Shown here piece by piece: positions 18,461 through 27,342 of a stretch of 64,000 bases of DNA. The translations under genes were made by a program, and so were the position numbers. A model generated the notes under the pieces. The model ran no database searches and was not told the origin of the DNA. It was given only the letters and a program-made list of their open reading frames with translations. Where the stretch lies: positions 1,668 through 65,667 of the forward strand of contig JBKJIQ010000025.1 of the NCBI GenBank assembly GCA_046598395.1, written 5' to 3'. Origin of the DNA: Acidimicrobiia bacterium. GTDB taxonomy: Bacteria > Actinomycetota > Acidimicrobiia > IMCC26256 > JAENVU01. Within the stretch, counting starts at the first letter, position 1. Each line of letters opens with the position of its first letter.

Positions 18461-19270
18461 CTACGAGCGGGCTGCGGCGCGACCGTAGCGAACCAGGCGC
18501 AGGAGTTCCGAGCTACAGGTTCCGGGTGAGGTGTCGTACCCGAGGAGCGCCACGAAGCGGGGAGTGGGGCCGTGGATCGTCGTCACCCGATGCAAGCTGT
18601 GACGACCTTGAAAGAACATCAGCGCGCCCGGTTCCATGGGTACGGTCGTCACCGAGTGCCGTGGGTCGCCGGCGAGCACCGCGGCGACATCGTCGTACTG
18701 CTCGTGCTCGGGCGTCCGCAGCATCGGCACACACTCGAACTCGCCGCCAGTCTCGCTCGATTGCAAGGCAATCGACACCACGAAGTCGGTCTGGTCGAAG
18801 TGCCATGCCAACTCGTCGCCATCGGTCATGGATGCAACGTTCAATGCGCCGAGATCGTCGCGGTAGCGATATAGGCGCGCTTCGCCCAATGCGAGAGCGA
18901 TGAACTGGAGCAGCCCATCCCATTCGTAGAGCGCCCGCAGCGCGGACTCGCAGTCGAAGTCGTCATACGCGATCGCGGTGAGAGCGCTGCGGCCGAGTGC
19001 GAGCCGCGGATGGCCCGGAGGCCACTCGGGTGCGGGTAGCTCGAGGTATGGCGTCGCCAGGATGTCTTGATGGTGAGTGAGGGGCGCGAGGCGGGCGCTC
19101 TCCGACACCATCGCCGCGAGCACATCGGGTCGCACGAAGGAGGGAACAATCGCGACGCCGGTCGTGTCGAGCAGTGTGCGACAGTCCTGAGCAAGGGCAA
19201 CGGTCAACGGGTGAGTGAGGTCGTGGATCGGGTACCGGTCCGCATCGATGAGGGTGGTCGGATCGAACAT
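18461..19270 (-). CDS. Fe(II)/2-oxoglutarate-dependent dioxygenase family protein, substrate unknown
   Basis: The WHFDQTD (HxD) and distal GRHSLHRV His motifs form a 2-His-1-carboxylate facial triad pattern. Confidence 0.55.
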   Translation of the reverse strand: MFDPTTLIDADRYPIHDLTHPLTVALAQDCRTLLDTTGVAIVPSFVRPDVLAAMVSESARLAPLTHHQDILATPYLELPAPEWPPGHPRLALGRSALTAIAYDDFDCESALRALYEWDGLLQFIALALGEARLYRYRDDLGALNVASMTDGDELAWHFDQTDFVVSIALQSSETGGEFECVPMLRTPEHEQYDDVAAVLAGDPRHSVTTVPMEPGALMFFQGRHSLHRVTTIHGPTPRFVALLGYDTSPGTCSSELLRLVRYGRAAARS

Positions 19271-19305
19271 CGCGTGTCAGCGTACGAGGTGACAAGCTGG
19301 CGGCC

Positions 19306-20328
19306 ATGACAACCAACCCGACGATGAACCGCCGCATATTGCTTGCCTCTCGCCCGCTTGGCATCGTGACCGAGGAGTGTCTCCGGCGGGTGGAGGAACC
19401 AATCCCGACGCCGGCCGATGGTGAGGTGCTCCTCCGGGTCCTGTCACTCTCGGTCGATCCCACCAACCGCATCTGGATGCGCGAAGAAGACTCGTATCTC
19501 CCCGCGGTCGCGATCGGGGCGGTCGTGCGGGCGGCGGGCCTCGCGCAGGTCGTCGAGTCGAAACGGGAGGGCTTCGCCACTGGCGATCTCGTCTTGGGGA
19601 TGCCGGGCTGGCAGGACTACTGGCTCTTGGCGGGCGACGCGATGGCCAACGTGGTTCCACCGGGTCTGGAGATCAACGATCTCCTCTCGATCTACGGGGG
19701 AACGGGAGTCACCGCGTGGTTCGGTGTCGAAGATATCTGCGAGTTGAAGGCCGGCGAGTCGTTCGTCGTGTCGGGCGCGGCGGGCGGAGTGGGATCGGTC
19801 GCGGGCCAACTTGCAAAGTTGAAGGGCGCGGGCATCGTCGTGGGCATCGCGGGGAGCGACGACAAATGTCGATGGGTGGTTGACGAACTCGGCTTCGACG
19901 CGTGCATCAATTACAAGACCGAAGATGTTGGCGCTCGGCTCGTGGAGCTTTGCCCCGATGGGATCGACGTGTACTTCGACAACGTCGGCGGCGAGATCCT
20001 CGACGCGGTCCTGACCAACCTCGCAATCGGTGCACGCATCGCGGTGTGTGGTGCGATCTCCACTTACAACTCCGACGATCCGATCGGTGTGAAGAACACC
20101 GCGAATCTCATCATGAAACGAGCGCGGATGGAAGGGTTCCTGATCCTCGACTACGTGGATCGGTTCCTCGAAGCGATCCTCGGTCTCGCGCCGCTCGTTG
20201 CCGCGGGGACGCTCAAATACGCAACCGAGGTGGTCGAGGGTCTCGAGCATGCGCCCGAAACGTTGAACCGACTGTTTACCGGCGACCACACGGGCAAACT
20301 GATTGTGCGGGTGTCAGACCCTTCCTAG
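19306..20328 (+). CDS. NADP-dependent oxidoreductase, MDR superfamily (YncB/PTGR-like)
   Basis: ILLASRPLG...PADGEVLLRVLSLSVDP...SGAAGGVGSVAGQLAKLKGA nucleotide-binding motif. Confidence 0.8.
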   Translation: MTTNPTMNRRILLASRPLGIVTEECLRRVEEPIPTPADGEVLLRVLSLSVDPTNRIWMREEDSYLPAVAIGAVVRAAGLAQVVESKREGFATGDLVLGMPGWQDYWLLAGDAMANVVPPGLEINDLLSIYGGTGVTAWFGVEDICELKAGESFVVSGAAGGVGSVAGQLAKLKGAGIVVGIAGSDDKCRWVVDELGFDACINYKTEDVGARLVELCPDGIDVYFDNVGGEILDAVLTNLAIGARIAVCGAISTYNSDDPIGVKNTANLIMKRARMEGFLILDYVDRFLEAILGLAPLVAAGTLKYATEVVEGLEHAPETLNRLFTGDHTGKLIVRVSDPS

Positions 20329-20337
20329 GTTCTCCAC

Positions 20338-21504
20338 CTATACGCGTACGGCGATGCCGTCGTTGCGCACGGCGAGGAAGGTTCCGGATTGCACGACGAT
20401 GGAACGCCAACGGTCGATCTGTTGGTATGGCGTAGGGCTGGGGCGTTTGGCATCACCATACCGGTGGATACCGCCGAAGCCGTCGACGATGGCGTAGCCC
20501 TTACCGTTGGGCCACGGAGTGATGTCTCGGGCGATGTTCCATCCGAACGCGGGACTCCCGTAGTTCGGAGCTCCGCTCACTGACCAGACGATGCCGAACC
20601 CGTCGAGCATGTAGCCGCCACCCCCGGGCCGGTACGCAACTGACTTCGCGATGTCCCATCCCGGCCAATAGGGGAGCCCACGGAGCCGGGGCGCGGAACC
20701 GAAGCGATGAAAGCCGCCGAAGCCATCGAGGACTCCAAAGCCCTTGCCATCGGGGGCGACCGTGATGCTCCGCGCGATGTCCCACCCGAACCATGGCCCG
20801 CTGACGTTTGACAGTGAGAAGAGAGCGGAACCAAAGCGGTGAACACCACCGAAGCCATCGAGCACGATGTAGCCGTTCCCGTCAGGCATTGCGACGATGT
20901 CTCGGGCGATGTCGCCGGCGAAATGGTCGTAGCCGTAGGCGGGAGCGCCCTCGTAGGCGTTCACGGTGCCGTCGCCTTGGAGTACCCAGAACCCGCCCTG
21001 CGCGCGTGAGGCAATGCCGCGACCGTGCGAGTCGAACGCGAGGTTGGGGTCTGGTCCGGGCGGGGCGTCGCCGTCCATGAATACCTCGGCGACGTACATC
21101 TGGCCGCCGCCATAGGCGATGCCCACGCCCACCCAGCGGAACGCGCCGTCGACCATGTTCGCGTAGTGCAGCGGTGAGTTGACGAGTGCGTCATGGATGG
21201 TGGCGACGTTCGGACCGCGACCAATGTTCTCGCCGAGCTTGCGCCAACCGACGGTGACACCGTCAGGCAGATTCGAGTGACAGAGACAGCCGGAGTCGGC
21301 CATGTGTTGGGCCCACGCCTCGGCCTTGGCCGTCAGCACCGAGTGGGTGGTGACGGCGGCCAGACCCCTGGAGCCCCGCACCATGTTGATGCGATTCGCG
21401 AGGTCAGCCTCGTTTCCCGGGTCAGCAGCCTGCGCGGCTTGACCAGTCCCGAGGGCGATGGTCGCCGCGACCGTCACGAGTAGTACTGAGAGCATTCGTC
21501 GCAT
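20338..21504 (-). CDS. secreted CAP/SCP-domain protein with C-terminal DGFGG repeat region
   Basis: Signal peptide MRRMLSVLLVTVAATIALGTGQAAQA. CAP-like region (LANRINMVR...HSVLTAKAEAWAQHMA...GENIG...HYANM). Then 5-6 repeats of ~45 aa, WDIAR.I...PDG.GY.VLDGFGG.HRFG. Confidence 0.7.
   Translation of the reverse strand: MRRMLSVLLVTVAATIALGTGQAAQAADPGNEADLANRINMVRGSRGLAAVTTHSVLTAKAEAWAQHMADSGCLCHSNLPDGVTVGWRKLGENIGRGPNVATIHDALVNSPLHYANMVDGAFRWVGVGIAYGGGQMYVAEVFMDGDAPPGPDPNLAFDSHGRGIASRAQGGFWVLQGDGTVNAYEGAPAYGYDHFAGDIARDIVAMPDGNGYIVLDGFGGVHRFGSALFSLSNVSGPWFGWDIARSITVAPDGKGFGVLDGFGGFHRFGSAPRLRGLPYWPGWDIAKSVAYRPGGGGYMLDGFGIVWSVSGAPNYGSPAFGWNIARDITPWPNGKGYAIVDGFGGIHRYGDAKRPSPTPYQQIDRWRSIVVQSGTFLAVRNDGIAVRV
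20341..21057 (-). repeat. coding tandem repeats (~45 aa x 5-6) inside the CAP-domain gene
   Basis: Protein-level repeats read directly: GDIARDIVAMPDGNGYIVLDGFGGVHRFG, GWDIARSITVAPDGKGFGVLDGFGGFHRFG, GWDIAKSVAYRPGGGGYMLDGFG, GWNIARDITPWPNGKGYAIVDGFGGIHRYG. Confidence 0.85.
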
Positions 21505-21584
21505 GTGTCGTATCCCTCCACTGCCAGGCGATTTCTGGTCACCGGCAGGTAGCCGTGACGAGTTGAATCGGCTGGCTGCTACGC

Positions 21585-21624
21585 GATCTTGAGCCGACGG
21601 GGCTCCGCTTCCCCGTCGAAGATC
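21585..21624 (-). terminator. strong hairpin between the DUF3817 gene and the CAP-domain gene (possible intrinsic terminator or 5' UTR structure)
   Basis: gatctt-gagc-cgacgggg-ctccgctt-ccccgtcg-aagatc. This gives 8 bp plus 6 bp of perfect pairing with a 4-nt bulge and an 8-nt loop. There is no U-tract. Confidence 0.35.
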
Positions 21625-21742
21625 TGGTCGACCCTAGTGACTCCGAGCGTGCAGAACGTGGTCCGAGCGGGTCATTCGACCTAAGTCACGGAATGGAATG
21701 TCGCAATTGCGCAGATCACCGAGCGCTCTTCGTGGGCGCTTC

Positions 21743-22090
21743 TCAGTGAGTGAATGGTTCGGGAACCGAGGCCCGGCGGGCCTCCGGGACGCCCTCGCGC
21801 CGGATCCGGTCCCAGACCATGAGCCCGCCGATGGGTCCGAGCAGGATCACCGCGATTGCGTACTTCCATGACCATTCCATGTCTTTGGTAATCATGATCA
21901 CCATGGCACAGAAGGCCAGCCAGACCATCCCGTGGACCGAACCGGTGATGGCTTTGCCGGCCACGTTCGGGTTCACGATCCAGAAGTAGAAGAGGATCGT
22001 GTAGGTCACCGACTCGGCGAGCGCCGTTCGAGAGAGCGCGCGAGCCTTGCGCTCGAGTTCGGTGCTGGTGTCGTCGGCGAAGTCAGGCAC
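21743..22090 (-). CDS. DUF3817 domain membrane protein
   Basis: 115 aa with 3 hydrophobic helices. TYTILFYFWIV...GSVHGMVWLAFCAMV...LLGPIGG is typical of the DUF3817 (YdzA-like) family. Confidence 0.65.
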   Translation of the reverse strand: MPDFADDTSTELERKARALSRTALAESVTYTILFYFWIVNPNVAGKAITGSVHGMVWLAFCAMVIMITKDMEWSWKYAIAVILLGPIGGLMVWDRIRREGVPEARRASVPEPFTH

Positions 22091-22229
22091 TGCGCAGCAG
22101 CGTAGAACCCGACAAACGGGTGGATCCGATTGGAGTGCAGCGGTCCTGGCCGGATGGTTCCTGACCCCGCATGCTCGCGATCTTCCGTGGCCGCGGCCGC
22201 ATCAACTAGATGTCTGTAGCGTCCCGGGA

Positions 22230-23225
22230 ATGGACACGATCAAGATTGGGACGCTCGGGGCGGCACGGATTACGCCGGCGGCGTTGATGAGACCGGCGCG
22301 GCTTGTGGACGGAGTCGAGGTGGTCGCGGTCGCGGCTCGGGACCGAACGCGGGCTGACAAGTTCGCCGCCAAACACGGGATCGCGAAGGTGCATGTGTCC
22401 TATCAGGCACTCATCGACGATCCCGACATCGATGCGATCTATAACCCACTGCCCAACGGGCTGCATGGCGAATGGACCCGCCGGGCGCTGGCGGCGGGAA
22501 AGCATGTCCTCTGCGAGAAGCCGTTCGCGGCGAATGCAGTGGAAGCCCGGCACGTTGCGGCTGCGGCCGCAGCAACCGATCTCGTGGTGATGGAGGCGTT
22601 CCATTACCGGTACCACCCGGTGGCCCAGCGGATGGTCGACATTGTGCGCGGCGGAGAGGTCGGTGAGCTCATCCATGTGGAGAGTTCGATGTGCATCCCG
22701 CTGCCATTGCCCAAGGACATCCGATACCGGCTGGATCTCGCGGGCGGCGCCACGATGGATACCGGCTGTTACGCGATCCACATGAACCGGTTGGTGGCCG
22801 ACGCCGAACCCGAGGTGATCTCCGCGAAGGCACGACTCGCCCATCCTGGTGTCGACCGGTGGATGCAGGCGCAGTTCCGGTATCCAGCCGGGGTTACCGG
22901 CACGATGACGTGTGCACTTTGGTCGAGCACACCGCTCAAGGTTTCGGTCCGTGCTATTGGTTCGAAGGGCGAGCTGCGGGTCTTTAATCCGACGGGCCCG
23001 CAGATGGGTTATCGGATGTCGTTGCGGTCCGATGGAACGAAGCGGCGGATTCAGGTCGAGGGCGCGAAGAAAGCCACGTACACCTACCAGCTCGAGGCGT
23101 TCGCCGCCGCGGTGCGCGATGGTGTGCCGGTGCTCACGCCCCCTGCCGACGCGATTGCGAACATGGACGTGATCGACGCGGTGTATCGCGGCGCGGGCTT
23201 GGCCGCCCGGGAGCCGTCGGCCTGA
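22230..23225 (+). CDS. Gfo/Idh/MocA family oxidoreductase
   Basis: MDTIKIGTLGAARI Rossmann start and EKP motif (LCEKPFA). The ATG at 22230 is preferred over the track start at 22047, which overlaps the opposite-strand DUF3817 gene. Confidence 0.85.
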   Translation: MDTIKIGTLGAARITPAALMRPARLVDGVEVVAVAARDRTRADKFAAKHGIAKVHVSYQALIDDPDIDAIYNPLPNGLHGEWTRRALAAGKHVLCEKPFAANAVEARHVAAAAAATDLVVMEAFHYRYHPVAQRMVDIVRGGEVGELIHVESSMCIPLPLPKDIRYRLDLAGGATMDTGCYAIHMNRLVADAEPEVISAKARLAHPGVDRWMQAQFRYPAGVTGTMTCALWSSTPLKVSVRAIGSKGELRVFNPTGPQMGYRMSLRSDGTKRRIQVEGAKKATYTYQLEAFAAAVRDGVPVLTPPADAIANMDVIDAVYRGAGLAAREPSA

Positions 23226-23288
23226 GCTGTTCGAGGTCCTCATTCGCTGAGGTCTTCACGAACTCGTCGTATCTGCGAGGATCGGGAG

Positions 23289-23672
23289 ATGGATCTACGT
23301 ACTGTGGCGCTGTACGCCTCGCGTGCTCGGGTAGGAATGGGTCTCGTGATGATGGCGGCGCCCCGGCTCGCATTCGGACCGCTCTACGGTTCGGCGGTGA
23401 GCGACCCCGCAGCCGCGGCGCTGGCTCGGATGATGGGCGCGCGTGAGGCCGCGCTGGGCGTCGGCGCGGCGATCGCAGTTGGAGAACAGCGCGGCAGCGC
23501 GAACTGGATCTCGATGCTCGCGTGTGCCGATGGAATGGATGCCGTCGTCAACCTCACCTCGCGTCGGCTTGGTTGGCGGGGTCGTGCCCTCGGCATCGTG
23601 GCGTCGATCTCTGCGGTGGCGCACCTGATGCTCGCGAGACGGCTTGCCGCCTCAACCGATCGCCTGGGTTAG
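23289..23672 (+). CDS. hypothetical small membrane protein
   Basis: 127 aa, Ala/Gly-rich hydrophobic helices, no recognisable motif. Its stop overlaps the end of the convergent acyltransferase gene by 4 nt. Confidence 0.4.
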   Translation: MDLRTVALYASRARVGMGLVMMAAPRLAFGPLYGSAVSDPAAAALARMMGAREAALGVGAAIAVGEQRGSANWISMLACADGMDAVVNLTSRRLGWRGRALGIVASISAVAHLMLARRLAASTDRLG

Positions 23673-25042
23673 ACGTTCACGCGGGCGCGCGCTACTGCGG
23701 GCTCGCCCACGATTCCACCCACCTGCTCGACCACTCGTTCCCGGCTACCTCGAGCCGCAGTCAGCGCCTCGGTCGGTTCCCGGAACCAGGCCAGGCTGGC
23801 GCGGGTGTGGCTGAACCTCACCCACCGCGTGCGCCAAGCAATCCAAGCTATGCCCGAGATCGGGCCCGCGGCCGCGATCGCCGCCGCGGCCTTGCCGCCG
23901 AAGCGGCGATACGTGCGGTATGACTCGTAACCCCAGATCACTGGGAAGAAGAAGAAGCCGACCATGCCCTTGGCCGTGGCCTTCCATGCCGGATGTTCCA
24001 CCTGGTTTCCTGCGATCCGCGCGAGCAACACCACGGGTCCGTTGAGCACGACGCCGATGAGTGCAATGGGCGCGAGCAGCGCGCTGACGATGCCGAGTCG
24101 AATGAGGCGAAACCGCAGCCGCGCCGGATACAGGCGGGGGATCGCCTGCTTGTTGGTGACGCCGAGGACCGCGAGGTCGGCGAGATGGGTCTGCACCGCG
24201 CGCTCGAGTTCGAGAAATTCGGTGCTGGCTTCGCCGCCGCGATTTGCGATCACCGTAGCCAACGCGCGGTGTAGGGCGGACCGGTCGGCGAACGCGTGCT
24301 CGAAGGGAATCACGTCTTCGTCACCTTCGATCGCGATCGCCGCGGCACGGTCGATGACCATGGCTTCGCGCCACGTGGCGTGATTGAGGGTGACTTCGTG
24401 GAGCCGGTCGGAGAGCACTTCGGTCACGGCCCGAACCGTGGCAACGGGGTCGGAGTGATATCGCTGTACCCACTCACTCATCTCGATGGGCTTGCCGATG
24501 TGGATCGCAGCCTGTGAGCGGAATCGACCCTTGTCGGCGTACACGATTCCCACCGGAACGATCGAGACGTCCGGGACACCCTCGGCTGCCGCGCTGAGTG
24601 CGATCCGGGCCGCGCCGGTTTTCAAGGGGACGATGCGCGGCTCGCGATGCACATGACCCTCGGGGAAGATCGCGATCTGACCCTTCGCGGCGAGTACGGC
24701 GGTGCTCGCCGCGAATGTCTCGGCATTGTCGCCCGAGTCGCCGTCAGCACGTCGGTGCACCGGGACGACACCGGTCAGGTGAAAGAGGAGGCGCGCGGGT
24801 GGGTACTTCCAGAGGGTGCCGGCGGCGAGGAACCGGGGCAGAATCCCGAGTCGGCCGACGATGGCGATCGGATCCGCGAGTCCGTTGCTGTGATTGCTGG
24901 CAATGACCGCGGGTGAGTCGATGGGCATCCGGCTCATGCCGGTGACGTCGACCCTCCGGAGGAACACTGCCGTGAGGAGCCACGCCACATGCTTCAGGAA
25001 CCGGTAGGAGCGCGGAGGGGTTGGGCTAAAACTCGGGGCCAC
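23669..25042 (-). CDS. lysophospholipid/glycerol-phosphate acyltransferase (PlsC family) with C-terminal membrane domain
   Basis: Acyltransferase blocks VIASNHSNGLADP, FPEGHVHRE and PLKTGAARIAL. C-terminal TM helices (LIRLGIVSALLAPIALIGVVL, GFFFFPVIWGY). Confidence 0.75.
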   Translation of the reverse strand: MAPSFSPTPPRSYRFLKHVAWLLTAVFLRRVDVTGMSRMPIDSPAVIASNHSNGLADPIAIVGRLGILPRFLAAGTLWKYPPARLLFHLTGVVPVHRRADGDSGDNAETFAASTAVLAAKGQIAIFPEGHVHREPRIVPLKTGAARIALSAAAEGVPDVSIVPVGIVYADKGRFRSQAAIHIGKPIEMSEWVQRYHSDPVATVRAVTEVLSDRLHEVTLNHATWREAMVIDRAAAIAIEGDEDVIPFEHAFADRSALHRALATVIANRGGEASTEFLELERAVQTHLADLAVLGVTNKQAIPRLYPARLRFRLIRLGIVSALLAPIALIGVVLNGPVVLLARIAGNQVEHPAWKATAKGMVGFFFFPVIWGYESYRTYRRFGGKAAAAIAAAGPISGIAWIAWRTRWVRFSHTRASLAWFREPTEALTAARGSRERVVEQVGGIVGEPAVARARVNV

Positions 25043-25880
25043 GGACCTGAAGGTACCCGTTCGGTGAGGTCGGTCGCACGGTGGTCACCGCGAGGGCCAT
25101 GAGTCGGTCGGCGGCGCCGGCGTCGCGAACTTCCACACGGAGCAGCGAGCCGTCGGCCCGCTCGCCCTGCTCGACGACAGTCGCGGTCACGGGGCCTACC
25201 CGTCCTGGGCTCACGAAATGCAGGACCGCGTCGGTCGTGACCCATCCGGCCAATGAGTCCGGGTGGGTCTCGGCGGTCGCGTGAACACCCGCCAGGTCGA
25301 CGAGTGCGGCCGTGGCCCCGCCGTGCAGGATTCCCCACGGATTCTGCAGCGTCTCGGTGATGTCGATGGTGAGTTGGTTCACGGCGGTGGTGCGGATCCC
25401 GAGGAACTTCGACAGGGGTGGTCGATCGCCGGCATCGAGCGGAAGCGGGGCGAGGACCAAGGGCCGGTCGTAGTGGGGGGGTCCGTTCTCGGGTTGGAGC
25501 ACGGCGGAAGTGAGGCTGGCGTCGGCCACCAACGCATCGTGGCCGCCGATGTCCCGGATGGTCACCGTGGCGACGACCGCTTTGCTGCCGGCTCGCCGCA
25601 CTGTGGCGGCCAGTCCGAGTGGTCCCACGACGTCGAGCCGAATGCTGCGCAGCATGAGGTTGGTGGTGACGACCCACCCTGGGAGTGCGGCAAGCCCCGC
25701 GCATAGTCCGCCAACAGTGTCGGCGAGGGTGAGCAGCGCTCCCATTGCAATGCCGCCGTCCCGGGTGCGCAGGTGGGTGGAGGCGGGCGCGAAGCCTTCG
25801 AGCGATGCGGTTCCGGGTTGGGCCTCGCCGACCTCGCGCATCGTCAGCTCCATATAGCGCGCCATGCCGAAGCCGGTCAT
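25026..25880 (-). CDS. double hotdog-fold (PaaI-like) thioesterase family protein
   Basis: Starts at MTGFGMARYM. The ATG at 25880 overlaps the stop of the upstream paralogue (ATGA). It has two hotdog halves, each with the G..HGGA..ALVD/LADT pattern. The remaining 5' part of track ORF 25026..26663 is Arg-rich off-frame junk. Confidence 0.65.
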   Translation of the reverse strand: MTGFGMARYMELTMREVGEAQPGTASLEGFAPASTHLRTRDGGIAMGALLTLADTVGGLCAGLAALPGWVVTTNLMLRSIRLDVVGPLGLAATVRRAGSKAVVATVTIRDIGGHDALVADASLTSAVLQPENGPPHYDRPLVLAPLPLDAGDRPPLSKFLGIRTTAVNQLTIDITETLQNPWGILHGGATAALVDLAGVHATAETHPDSLAGWVTTDAVLHFVSPGRVGPVTATVVEQGERADGSLLRVEVRDAGAADRLMALAVTTVRPTSPNGYLQVRGPEF

Positions 25881-26743
25881 GGGACGCGAACTCCGCGGGC
25901 GCGCACGATCGTGGTGAGTTTGTGCTCGGCGCCCGCGTCGACCAGTTCCACGGACGCGGTCCCGCGCGCCGCGGTGGCCTCGAGCACGGTGGTGACAGAT
26001 CGCAGCGGCCCGATCCGCGCGAGTGCGAGGTACGTAATGTGCAGATCGACGACCGCGACCGGCGTGTGCGCGGCGCAGGTGAGCGCTCGCTCCGCGGCGA
26101 CCGCTCCGGTCATAGCCACCATTCCGCCTTGGGTCGCTCCGAGCGTGTTGCGCACGTAGTCGGTGATCGGAAGTTCGACGGTCCCGGTCTCGGCGTCGAC
26201 AATGGTGAGCCCCGTCGCGGTCTCCAATGGTGTGGTGAAACCTGAGTCGGGGAGCGCCATGGTGAGGCGGGTGACCGCATCGTTCTGATCGATGACGGGA
26301 TTGCCGTCGCGGCGCGGCAGGACCGCGAAGCTCATGGTGGCAAGACCAAGGTTCTGCCCGTCGGCGTGCAGTGCGACCTCGATCACCACAGTCGTGCGCC
26401 CGGAGCGGACCACCCGACCAATGGCCGACACGTCGACCACATGAGGGAGCGGCAGGAGGTGAAGGGTGAGATCCGCGGTGGCGATCCAATCGGGTCGCGC
26501 CGCGGTTGCGGCCAGTCCGCCTCCCAGCGCGTCGACCAGGGTGGCCAGCGCGCCGGGGTGGGTGACCCCGGTCTCGGATCGAAGGTGCTCGTTGACGGTG
26601 ATCCAACCTCGCGCCGTTGGCCCGTTGCCATCCAGGTTCGGTGACATCTCGGTCGTGAAGCACAGGTCGCGTAAGACATGGCGATCAGGCGGGTAGGAAG
26701 CCAAATCGGGACGGGTGTCGAGACGGGGATCAAGCGAAGGCAC
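25877..26743 (-). CDS. double hotdog-fold (PaaI-like) thioesterase family protein
   Basis: 288 aa with two hotdog halves (GVTHPGALATLVDALGG; GATQGGMVAMTGAVAAE). Paralogue of the downstream gene. Confidence 0.65.
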   Translation of the reverse strand: MPSLDPRLDTRPDLASYPPDRHVLRDLCFTTEMSPNLDGNGPTARGWITVNEHLRSETGVTHPGALATLVDALGGGLAATAARPDWIATADLTLHLLPLPHVVDVSAIGRVVRSGRTTVVIEVALHADGQNLGLATMSFAVLPRRDGNPVIDQNDAVTRLTMALPDSGFTTPLETATGLTIVDAETGTVELPITDYVRNTLGATQGGMVAMTGAVAAERALTCAAHTPVAVVDLHITYLALARIGPLRSVTTVLEATAARGTASVELVDAGAEHKLTTIVRARGVRVP

Positions 26744-26760
26744 GGGCGGGAAAGATATCG

Positions 26761-27342
26761 GTGTCCCCGGCTCGGCAACTCACGTGCGACGATAACGGGG
26801 TGTTGTCATCGACCCGAGGCCAACTGCTGGTGGCCTCTCCCGACCTCGACGACCCCAATTTCCGTCGGACCGTGGTGCTCGTCATCGCTCATGATGCTGA
26901 CGGCGCGCTCGGTGTGGTGATCAATCGACCTACCGACATTTCCGTCGGTGAAGCATTGGTGGATTGGGAACGGGTGGCCTCCGAGCCTGCGTGTCTCCAT
27001 GCGGGAGGACCGGTGGAACCTGATTCGGCAGTTGCGCTGGGGGAAGGGCCGCCGGACTCCACGGGATCCTCGCCAGGGGGGATCGTGGGCCTCATGCGTA
27101 CCGTCGATCTCGACGGCCGACCCGACGACTATCGCGCGGTCCGCGTGTTCGTGGGTTACTCGGGGTGGGGTGGTGGCCAGCTCGACAGCGAGATTGCGCG
27201 GGGTGACTGGATCGTGGTGGATGCGACGGTCGGCGATCTCACCACCGCAGCATCCGAGTCGCTGTGGCGCGACGTGCTGCGCCGCCAGCGCGGCCGCGTC
27301 GCGATGTTCGCCACGGCCTCGGAGGATCCCACCCTTAACTAA
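26761..27342 (+). CDS. YqgE/AlgH family protein (UPF0301)
   Basis: GQLLVASPDLDDPNFRRTVVLVIAHDADGALGVVINRP...VFVGYSGWGGGQL is the family signature. Confidence 0.85.
   Translation: MSPARQLTCDDNGVLSSTRGQLLVASPDLDDPNFRRTVVLVIAHDADGALGVVINRPTDISVGEALVDWERVASEPACLHAGGPVEPDSAVALGEGPPDSTGSSPGGIVGLMRTVDLDGRPDDYRAVRVFVGYSGWGGGQLDSEIARGDWIVVDATVGDLTTAASESLWRDVLRRQRGRVAMFATASEDPTLN

Noticed and set aside
18461-19270. Possibility that the Fe/2OG enzyme is a BesD/HalD-type halogenase.
   Set aside because: The iron-binding motif is WHFD (HxD), not the HxG or HxA motif required for halogenases. A hydroxylase-type dioxygenase is the conservative call.
21505-21742. c-di-AMP (ydaO-type) riboswitch in the CAP-gene leader.
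   Set aside because: Only short, out-of-order fragments of the conserved blocks could be matched by eye. The GGAGGGAUAC element is better explained as the RBS. It is kept as a low-interest item to test with a covariance model, not called as a feature.
25881-26663. N-terminal 260 aa of track ORF 25026..26663.
   Set aside because: This part is extremely Arg/His/Gly-rich and overlaps, out of frame, the well-formed hotdog gene 25877..26743. The real gene starts at the ATG at 25880, which overlaps the upstream stop.
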